This document shows, in pieces, positions 36,201 through 48,200 of a DNA stretch of 64,000 nt; position 1 is the first letter of the stretch, and each line of letters starts with the position of its first letter. This stretch comes from Mytilus californianus. Its lineage: Eukaryota. The notes under the pieces were generated by a model that was not told the origin of the DNA, did not search any database, and worked only from the letters and a program-made list of their open reading frames with translations. Position numbers and translations under genes: made by a program. The DNA lies in NCBI RefSeq assembly GCF_021869535.1, contig NW_026262668.1, forward strand, positions 118,544,001-118,608,000. Reading direction: 5' to 3'.

Positions 36201-39200
36201 TTATCAAGAATTTGCTATAAATATATTGTTCCTCATAAAGCTTTAGCTCGTTGTGCAATTTCTTACTTGGAAATTCCATTTCCGTTGACATGACAGCCTT
36301 GTCGCCACTCTTAGTCTTTCCGGATGAATGTAGGTACAGATATACAAAACCTTCTTTGGCCCTTCTAGGACCTGAATATACGTAAGGTGCTTTCTGAAAT
36401 ATATATTAATGATTTGATTCAATCCTTTAAAAGTTTGATGTTTGTACTTACATGAGCATCACGATGGATGCCACGTTTGGAGCAGGATCTGCTTACCCTT
36501 CCGGAGCACCTGATAACCCCTGTGATATTTGGTGAGATTCGTGTTGCTCAGTCTTTAGTTTTTCATGTTGTGTTCTGTATACTGTTATTTGTCTTTTTAT
36601 GTTTTTTTCTTTTCTTACTATGGCATATTGTTTGTTTTCGACTAATGAGTTTGATTATCCTTTTGGTATCTTCGTCTCTCTTTAGAAAAAATATGTTTTC
36701 AGCAGACCATTACTTTATTCTACAAACGGCTTAAATCATACAATTGTTGGACAATGAATTTTTCAAGGGGTTTTATATAGACATGCTTCTGTGACCATCT
36801 GCTTTTAAATATAGAATTTCGGTAAAACATTTGTCAGGATTCTAATAGCATTTAATCAGTTTTTCGAAAGTGTCAAATAGAACAAATTCAAATACAAATA
36901 TTTTGGATTACATTATTTTGTTTCCACAATAAAGGGCACAGGTAAATAAAAGAAAAAGTTGATAGTAATCGTGTTTTCATGATCATAGCAAAAAAAAAAT
37001 AATTTTAAGTATTGAATGCTTCTTTTAGTAATTTCATAGGGTTGTAAAAGCATTGACCGTGCGTACATTTTTAGAATGAAGCGCTTCCGCGCTTCATACA
37101 AAATGTACTTCGGTCAACGCTTTTACACCCCAATGAATTTACAAATAGAAGCATTCAATTCTTAATTGAAGGTAAAAGGTATAACATCTTCCTACTTTAA
37201 TTGAATTGATATAAAACGTAAATAAAAAGACATGTAATTGTTACTTCATTTATTAAATATTGAATTACGTTGAGTGACTATACATTTTAAGAATTAATGA
37301 TTACATTTTGATATTATCATTGTTTTATATATATGTTGATTTCCAATAGATAACAGTTTTTCCCTTAATTAAGTTAGACAATTTCAGTTTCAATCTATTT
37401 CAGTTATGGTTAGTATTTATAATTTTTCTATCATAGCCAAACTTTTTGATATTTTGATTCTCCATGCTCTTTAACTTTAAGTCTTATTCTTAAAGTGATG
37501 CTCGAGGTCAAAATATATAAAAGTACAAACGTCAGATAACGTCAGAGTGATTTTGTTACAAAGTATGACTTATCTCCTCAAGAAACAAGAACTTTGTATC
37601 TACGTTTGCTATTCGTTTTTACAAAACAAAGATGTTGGACTATTTCTTTCAATCTGTCTTTAACATTTAAATGGTATATACGAGTGTAAACGGTTTAGAA
37701 TTCAAATGCTTTTATACTTTTGCAAGAGAAAAGAGCTTAACATTAACAGATTTTTTTAAATTTTTTTAGGTTTTCACGTTTGATTTTACGCCACTTTATA
37801 TAGTAGGTAGTTTCAATGTAACTCTAAGTTCGGCTTTGATTGCCGAAAACAATATTAGCGGTACCAATAGTACTGCACCTGGTGCGCATTTCGATAGTTC
37901 ATGTTTTATCAATGATGCTCGAGGCCATAATATAGAAAATTCAAATTTCTAATGAAAACGTTGTAAAGCTAGAAACAAAATCCATAAAGAACCTAAAGTA
38001 TAATCAAATCCGGACAATGAATCGGAGTTCTGCATGAGGGAGATAGATACTTAATTTCAAATAATATCTAAAAATTTTAACAAAACAGGAACTTTCTATC
38101 ATACAATATTCGTATTTTCGTTCTAGTACCAAAATACAGGCTACTGGGCTGGTGATATTCTGTGCACTAACTGTCCACCAGCAGAGGTATCGACCCTGTG
38201 GTAGTAATAACATTAGTGGTACCAATTTTGCTGCACCAAATGCTCATTTCGGAAATCAATGTTTTCTTAGTTATGCTCGAGGCCTACATATTTGAAAATT
38301 CTGATAATATTTGTGTTGATAGTTTGACAAGAAGTGTCGTGGAGCACTTAGCAGACCCAGCAGTATAATTTTGATATCCATTATGGCGATAGAAGATCCA
38401 GCTCTTCATTTTTATTTAGGAACATAGAATATAACTATGATTTTTCAGGATTTCCTCTTTGTAAGTGTCGTTGATGTAAATGTTGAGTTTTAGAGTGATC
38501 TGCGCGGAGTTTAATAAGCAAAGACAACAACATATTTCTTATGGAGGTAGGTCTGGTGCCAAACAACATTTTGGCCTTTGAAGAAAGGTGTAGCATGAGG
38601 GTTCATATATTCATTCAGTTTGTTTTAAATCACTCAGTGTATCAACGACATCATAGCCTTAATCTATTCGGAAAGAGTATCAATGTCTTTTTTTCGCGTT
38701 CAGCACAGTATGAATTAGTATTTTACAGTTGTGTTTCCAGATCATTAATTTAGGCTTATGGTATTTCAGTTCTTTAGTTGAAACATTTTGTAGAAATGCG
38801 TTCTGGACTTTGTTTAGGTCACTAGGTATCATGAGGCCAGTCGGATTACATATGAATAGGAAACTAGCAATTAAGAGGTTTTGATTTGAAGTCATCAATA
38901 ATGAGATCTTGCGTCAAGTGTTTATAATGGAATATTTCGTCGTAATAAGTATGCTATATATATTAAATGATAGGAACAGACGGATCTTTAAAGTAAAGAT
39001 TCTATGTTTAAGGATATTGCATAAATTAGTGACATCAATGCCAACCGGTCTGAAAAGTCTGTGATAAGCAATACCAAAGGTGATAGCTGTATGTTTGTAT
39101 TTGTTTGAATTGGGATTTTCTTGGAATTGGTTACCAAGCATCAGTTGTACAGATAGTAAAGTTTCAAAGGAGTGAGGAGTACGTGATGTCTACTGCGCTG

Positions 39201-42200
39201 ATCACAGCTGCGTCAACGTCGAGGAGAGTAATTCATTCTATTCACTGTGCTGCAAGAATGACTATACCATTATTTACGTCATTGTAACAAAAGGGTGTCG
39301 CAATTCGCAGTTCTCAAATCAGGAAGTCGTCCTTTTGTCTACAGAAAGATGTTGCAAGATCAGGATTGTTAGTTCTGTGGTATATTTTTTCGATGATACG
39401 AACCCGCAAAGACAGGATTGAATGATTAAGCTTTCCAACTTTTGCTTCGGTACTTACTGATGAGTCTAATTTCGACAAAACGTGCGTCTGGCGTGCTAAA
39501 TAATACCCCTAGTATCATTGATAGCATTGGTGGGTTTATAGCAATGTCCAAAAAGGATAACTCTTGACTACTTTAAATTAAGAAATTTATGCGAGGTTTT
39601 TATCTATACGAATAATGCAACATGGTTGTTATCGCAATAATTTCCGAATTTACAGTAATCAGATTCCAATTTCCACTTGGCTGAGCATTACCATTTACAT
39701 TCAAACAACCTTGACTGTGTCAAGATGTATATGGCATCTTGAAAAATAAGCACACTTTGGCAGATACTTCAATGGTCTATCAAGAAAGATTAGTATCGAA
39801 TATATATAATGGGAAAAGATTCTCTAATCTACAGGTATACAGTTTTTTCAAAGAGTAGTTAAACCTACCGATCCTGTGTCCCAGTTCATTTGGTCTGTTG
39901 TTGGTTCTGGTTCCTGCTTAAATATACAGTATTCACCCACTTCTGCAGTGCAACCAATAGGTGCATATACTGAAATAAAGGCATTAATAAAAGACATGAT
40001 GAACAGAAAAAGGTCCAATATTCCTCAAGTCGTTTCTCGCCAAAATACAAACACCTCACGTGATTTATCTTTTCAATATGACTTTTAAGGATTTACACTA
40101 AATGAAATCGATGTACATTTGAATTAAAAAGTTACAAATATTAGATTTGCTGTTGTTTAGTTTTTTGTTTTAGCTTTGAAGTTTATAAACCTACTTAAAC
40201 AACAGATCTGATGTATTTGGTCATTGGATACAATTGTATTAATATAATTCCAAAACGACTTCGGTTTTTAATTTATTATCCTGCACGTTGTTTGCAATGA
40301 TGTAATTGGAAAATATGTTTTTCGTCGAACATTTGAATTCATACTTGTCTTATATCCATATCAATAAAAGGAGTACAGGAGTTTTACTGTACGTACTGTT
40401 GTGCGTTTGTTTTTTCTACATTGGCTAGGGGTATAGGGGGAGGGTTGAGATCTCAAAAACATGTTTAACCCCGCCGCATTTGTGCGCCTGTCCCAAGTCA
40501 GGAGCCTCTGGCCTTTGTTAGTCTTGTATCATTTTTAATTTTAGTTTTCTGTGTATAATTTGGAGTTTAGTATGACGTCCATTATCACTGAACTAGTATA
40601 CATATTTGTTTAGGGGCCAGCTGAAGGACACCTTCGGGTGCGGGAGTTTCTCGCTGTATTGAAGACCCATTGGTGGCCTACGGCTGTTGTCTGCTCTGTA
40701 GTCGGGTTGTTGTCTCTTTGACACATTCCCCATTTCCATTCTCAATTTTACTCCACGTAATAATGAATTCACATTATATTGTAAAATGATTTAAACTTCT
40801 ATTACAAGTAAGATTGACACTACGGTTCGATTACAATTTATTTCGAATCAATAAGGTAGTCGTTGACATTGATATGTGTTACCTGAAAGTTCAGAGCAGT
40901 TTTTGCCTGTGAATCCACGATCACAAGTACATACGTAGCTTTCAGTGTTAATTGGACTGTCACAAGATCCAAATTTGCATGGATTACCCAAGCATCCTGT
41001 AGAGAAAAAAAAAACTGTCATGAAAGAATACTGGTTCGATATAAATCAGACTTTCCAAGTGAGCATAAACGTTGTCGAATAAAAGTAATTGGAGTCAATT
41101 AATTTTCTCATACACATGATATAAAATATGCGATAGTCACATTTAAATGATTTTGCTAGTTCTACATTGTAAAGTCTAATACTGGAAGTTTGGAGAAGTA
41201 GTGTGTGTGTCCTATTTCTTGTTATTTAGTCGCTCAAACCGTAGGTCTGCAGAGTAATTTAAGTTATTGTTTTTGTCCCGTTTCTGCATGTTCCTCTCAT
41301 TATAGTTCTTATAAAATTAAGAGTTTAAACTTTACATTTGTATGGTTTTAGGTCAGCATCCCTAGGTCTGCACTGGTAGTTTTGTTTTCAAACAAAGGGC
41401 CAATTGGTATATTTTGGGCCTAAAGAGAGTGGGGTCTTTTTTGTATTTATTTATTAGATAGCTTCTTATAGAAGAAGATTCATGCTTTAAATAATACATG
41501 AAGCTCATGCTTGGCTATGCATCCAATAATCATTTCAACTATTGGTTTACTTGTATTGTTGAAGAAACTTTTTAACACATTATACATTATATTTAATAAG
41601 ATATTCTACTTTGTTTCATGTCGCCCAATTATGAGTTATATAAAATTAATGTTTTTTCATGATAATTATTCCCTGTTTTGTTTTAAACCCGAAGTCCACT
41701 GGCCCATATTATCTTTATAATAATTATTAACCCTCAACTTGTTCGGACATTTTCTTGTGACCGGTAAAGGACGAAAACTTTATATTTGGGATGATTCTAG
41801 GTTAGTATTTTTTTTAACCCAGAGAACTACTATTTTTTTAGAGGCATAAAGAGGTGTAAGGTAAGAGGTTAAAGATTTCTGTAATTTCAAAGGATAGCAA
41901 CATGTCCTAGAAAAGGTAGAACGCTCGTGTTTTTTATGATTTAAGAAAGCCATGTTTGAAGGGTACGTAATTACTTTATTCCAACAACATGTGCACTTAC
42001 ATAGTTAATAAGGTTTAGTTGGGAATTTTACTTGTTATCTAAGAACCATGTACAGTTATATTTTAAATTGCTTTTTTAACAAAATGCCAATTTGCACAGT
42101 AGTAAAGGCTCTGTAGAGATTGCTATATATATTGTTTGTACAAACACTTCAAAACTATTGGGATTAATTTTTTTTACTTTAACCTGATGCGTTCAAGATT

Positions 42201-45200
42201 ATTTGTTTCCGACAGAATCATTGTTTGGTTTGGGCGACTTTTTTGTTAGTATCATAAAAAAGTAGTACTTTTTTACATTGTTTTGATATGACGAAGAAAA
42301 CCACAGCGATGCAATTTGGAAATAATAACATTTCAAAATATATACAATTAGTTAATAATAGAATGATGTGTATATGTAAGTATATTTTAGAAGGTTTCAG
42401 ATAGTCAACGACTGTAACTGAACAGATAGTCTACGACTTTAACTGAACAGATAGTCCACGACTGTAACTGAAACGTGTCCTTCAAAGAGGGTTGAAACTC
42501 GTAACTAAACCGTTAACTAATATTAACAAGTACACAATAATGTCATCAAACTTCTCACCCTTTCCAATGGAAACAAAATTCATCTTAAATCCGTTTCCTG
42601 CCGGTTTATCACTGCCTACATAGCTGTTTAGAATGATGATCATTGTATTCATCTCCTCGTCAACAGTGGAATCCCACACCTCATGTTTTGTAGAACCACA
42701 ACGTCTGTCAAGAAACATATTTTATAGATTGTATTATTAACTCGTATGCATTGTGATTTGACTCGTGTGTTTCATTCTTCCTATTTGCATGTTCTAAACA
42801 TGCCAACCTCATTAGCCTTAAAAAAACGAAAGGCCTCTATTGTAGAAGTTCCATACTATAACGATGAAGGTTCTCGCATTCTTTATACTTGAATTATAAT
42901 ATTTTGCATAAATGACTTATGTTCATAAAAATAAAATTTAAGAAGAGCACTCGGCTAAGGAAAGTTTAAAAGCCATTTTAATAATAAAAGTTGAAGAGCA
43001 TAGGCAATCAAACATGCACCAATATTGTGCCAAATCCCGATAAGGTCAAAAACATTCCTAAACATATTTTATCAAAGACGAGTTACAATCTATTAACATT
43101 CCTAAACATATTTTATCAAAGACGAGTTACAATCTATAAACATTCCTAAACATATTTTATCAAAGACGAGTTACAATCTATAAACATTCCTTAACATATT
43201 TTATCAAAGACGTTTGAAATTTATTCGTACTTTTTAAAAATTATTATGCAAAGCGACATGACGTCAACTATATCGTAAAATTGTTTTAAAACATATGTCT
43301 TCGCGTACAAGCTAGAATTAGCACTGTTTTCCTCTAATCCATTCAATAAAAGACAATCAAAGCTACATCTGACCAAAGCTAAAATATGTTCATATTCCAT
43401 TACTAAATACCTGACTTCATGGAGAACCCGTTACCCATACCACTATGTCTCTAGAGTTCATTAATACATACTCTGGCCCTTTTTGTCCCATCAAGTTGTA
43501 TCTTATCTCCATCCAATGATAACAGGCATAGTCGTTATTACTGATATCCATGTCAACAACTGTTCCTCGTAGTATATTGTTTTCTACCCCCTAGTTGTAT
43601 ATAAATATTTTGAATATTAAGTACATACATATACATAACTTTTTGTCGAATAATTACGAATGTTGCATTTGATATCCGAAAACGATAAAGAGTCAAATAA
43701 GTAGCTGGAGACCCTAAAGAGTCTGTATCGCTCACCTAGGTCGATGTGATAATTTGCATCTTCAACAATGGTCACTCTCCAACATTGTAGACTAGAATAT
43801 AATTAATGACTTAAATCTCATTTCTAATCTTGTCTTGTTTATCATTGTTTTCTGTTTACAATTCCTCTTTAACTCCTATAATGTTTTGCCCAAAACACAA
43901 AAAAAGGTTGTAATTGTCATTTACGGGTAATGACTCCCATAAGAAAACAAACTGACAATTTCATCTATGCTGACTTAATTTCAGATCTTGTTTTGCTAAT
44001 CATTTTTGCACTAAAAGTTTCTATCTTTCTATTATAGTTTAACAAAAACGCCATAAAATAGTAAAAATGGCCAATTAAAAGCACTAACTCCTATGAGGAG
44101 TTGACCAAATATTTCGGCAGTAACAAATTATTTGTAGATCTTGCCTTGTACATCAGTTTTGCTATTAGAAGTTTCACTATATCTATTATAGTTTCAAACA
44201 TAATAGGCAATTAAACGAAAAAGTGGTAAAAAACATCTCATATATAAAATGTCGACTGACGATTTATACTATGTTGGCTTTTTTTGCAGATTTTGTCTTG
44301 CTTATATTTTTTGCTACTTGTAGTGTCTAGCTATCAATTATAGATTTCAAGAAAAAAGGCAAAAACGCAAAAAAAAAAAATAAATAAATGGTAAACACTG
44401 TCACTAAAGAGCAGTAAATCTAATGAATAGTAGACTGACAATCTCAGACATGCTGAACTATTTGTCTTGCTGATCAGATCTAAAGTTTCTCTCTATCAAT
44501 AATGGTTTCAGTATAATAGGCAAAAAAACATAACATTGGTAAAATATGTCATTTAAGGACAAAACCTTCTATAAGAAGACGTCTGACAGTTCTGATTTTA
44601 ATAAATAAAATGTAAATCTCAACATTCTGAACATTTCCGCACCTGTCAGATTTTCTATAGCAGTTTTCAAGATTATAGTCAAACTTTCATTTTAGCCTTA
44701 TGTTCTATTATTAGCCATGTCTGCCAACTTGGCCTGGGTCATTGGACACATTTTAAAACTTTATATCCCAATAATGATTGTGGGCAAGTTTGATTAAATT
44801 TGGCACAGTAGTTTCAAAGGAGAAGATTTTGATAAAAGGGACGACGAAGACAGACGACGGACACTAAGTGATTGGAAAATCTCACGTTGTTCATTTAGAC
44901 TAGGTGAGCTTAAAACATGTTTATTGTTAGATTAATAAAACATGTGTTAGATTAAAATCACTATGTGCCAGACATCATACACGTATATATACGCGGGTTA
45001 ATAAATAATTCATGCAAGCCATAGATTTGTTATCATTTTGATGTGAAAATTTCCAACAAATCTTTGGCTTGCATGAATTATTTCTTAAACAACGTGTGAA
45101 CTCATTCATTGCATCGATCCTGACTATGCTAAGAAGACGTAATTATAAACAAAATCAAAGGCGTAATTATTTAAAGCGACATAAACAAGATTTGTATGTA

Positions 45201-48200
45201 CTCAGTTTCCATAAAATAAAAGTGTTTCGAATTATTCCCTGTTAATCCTTTCAGGTACCGACCCGTTTTAACTACTGATGCCTAAAACATAACGTGCAAC
45301 CATCAACATTGTCACGAGCAATCTCACTTTGAATGAATGTTGCAGCAGCGTGAAAATAGTAGAAAATAGCAGAAAATAGTAAAAATCAAGAAATATTGTG
45401 TTTCTTTGTTTGTTTTTTGTCTCTTGAGAATCTAAAGTTGAATAATGATAGTATAAAAATGCCCTTGATAACGTCACCGTTAGGTATTTGTCTGACAGCA
45501 AATCATCAATTAGATTTTACTTTTTATTACCTTTATAATCCACGTGCAAATCAATCCTGTTGAATAAGGACTAGGATAATTAGGAGATGTAAGTGTTACT
45601 TCTGTCCCCATCTCTACGTTGATTGTACCTCCACAAGTATCTGTATAGAAAAAAACTCTATTAGTGATTTTTTGCAGACCAACAACGTGTTGCATGCCGT
45701 ACGAAGACCTGTAATTGTTCACAACGTTGTCCTTTGTCGTCTATGGATACTTGTCTCATTGGCAATCATACCACATCTCCTTATTTTTATATTGCAATAA
45801 AATAAAACTGCATGAAAGTTTAATTAGCAATATAACATATAGTACAGTTGATTTCCGCACATTTAATTAAACAACTTAGAAGAACCAATATACTTTTACA
45901 GAAAACAGTTTGATGTTAATTTATGATTAGATGAACGGATACTTAACGTCAAGTGGAAAATATATTATGCAAATTCAGAACGATAGCATGTCACTGAGAT
46001 ATGATAATTCCATGCCTTTACAAGACCGACAAGTGGGACGGTTTTTAATATCTAGTATACAAGTCAATAGTCCACAGGAAGTCATATCAATATACTAAAA
46101 CATATAACTTTGATTTGAGACAAACCGGTCTTATATCTCGCTCTTTAATGATGCATGTTTTGCAGAGAAGTAGCAAATACCAAGTTTAAAGTAATTTTGT
46201 TTGACTAAGCCGGTGACCGAATCCTAGACATGCTGCACCAAGACGAGCATATTACCACATTATCAGTTCAATAGGTTGACGTGTTTGCAAAAAAAAAAAA
46301 GAATATTGTCAAACCGTTCATTGAAATAATGTTTAAAAAAAGAACATTAGAAAATCTATATTTCCTGGTAATTCTTGGGCAATCAGTTTGCCATAGTGTT
46401 TGAAAAATCATTTCTCTAATCTGATGATTATTTGCACAACTGTGTGCTTTCATAATTTAATGACATAGATTGGTTGTATAAGATATGAATGTACGTCGGA
46501 TTATGTACAGTCAAGTCAAATTATGAGGAGGAAGAAGGAGACATTTTATTAAATTGTAATTGCTTAAAATTTATTTTATTCCTGAAAACGATTTTCAAGT
46601 AATAGTATATAAAATGAAAATTAAAAGACATTTACAAAATATTGCAGGTTACAATTTGTTGTGTTATATATTTCTGATTGATTTAAGATTTATATTTACA
46701 ATATAATTAAGTATAAATAGACTGCTTTTATTTGGCATACCAGTATTTGAAATTGGTTGTTCACACAGATCACCGGTCAACACATCTGGACAGTAACAGG
46801 TACAGTTCATAATAGTAAATCCACCGTTTTTGCATGCAAGACTTGGACAATTAGCTAGAAAATTAAGTAAAAATGTAAGGCAAAGCAGTTCTTTAATTTT
46901 ACACTAAATTTGTACATGATTACATGTATTTCTTCTAGAAATACCATAGGACGAAAATCTTCGGTATTTGTTGTTTTCATTGGTGTATGTCGATTTCCAT
47001 TCTCTTCCGATGATGAACGAAAATTTAGTATGTATACATCTATGAACTATAGTAAGATGGAATAAAAAAAAGCATACATTCATAATTAAAGTATATATAT
47101 ATATTCAAAATCTCTCAAACATATGTATTGTACGCTCTTCAAAAACTTTTGCTTACTGATTAATGTTTATAAACAATTTCATGTGTTTTTGTTTGTTATC
47201 TAAATCGTGTTTATGCATTGAAGACTAGCACTCAATGAATAGTACCAATTAGCTGTAAAAACAACCGTGACCAAATCTGCGAATGGTTTTTATCGTCATG
47301 AATAATTATAACATTAATGTATCAAGAACTTCGTAGTAGCAAACATTGTAGTGTAGAAAATCATTTTCCCTGCCACAATTTCAAAGCTTTGTACATGTAC
47401 CATAAGCAATATTTACAATTGAGTAAGATCTACTTTGTAGCGACATAAGCTCACCTGAACATTCGTAGGTACTGGTTACTTCAACTACATCATAAAACAT
47501 AAGATCATTACCGACGTTTGCAAGAAATTTCAGACGCCAGTCTTTAACCAAAATGGTCTCCATTCCGTTTCGAGAAAAACTCTAAAACATTATAATGAAA
47601 CGGATACAATGTACCGCGACGATAACCAGTAAATATATTAATAAATGTTCAAAATCAAATGATATTCAAAAGAAAAACTCTTTGTTTTCAATAGTTTTAA
47701 AGCAGAGTATTTATTTATTTTTGGTTTAGTTTTATAGTACTAAGATAATTTTGCAAATCATAACATAATGATTAATTTCCTAATACAACTTATTTAGGAA
47801 AGCATTTGCATTACTATGAACAAATAATATATTACCTATTATGTCGATCGCACATTGTTGTCAATATAATGGAATTCTATGCGACTGTCATACAAGTGAG
47901 AGGTTAAGCTAACTATAAAACCAGGTTTAATTCATCATTTTCTACATAAGGAAATGCCTGTACCAAGTCAGGAATATGACAGTTGTTTTCCATTCGTTGC
48001 ATGTGTTTGAGCTTTTAATTTTGTCATTTGATAAAGGACTTTCCGTTTTGAATTTTCCTTGGAGTTCTGTATTTTTAAAATTTTTCTTTATATTATTGTC
48101 GCTCATAACAATCACGAAAATTGATTTTTTTAATAATTCTATTATATTCTGTTTATTACATAATATTTTGTAGAATATTTACATCATATTATTATTTATA

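Noticed and set aside
38541-39420. Coding-like ORFs 38680..38898, 38914..39141 and 39105..39287 as a missing MAM1 exon or nested gene
   Set aside because: MAM1 is complete without them and no motif is recognisable; probably decayed retroelement.
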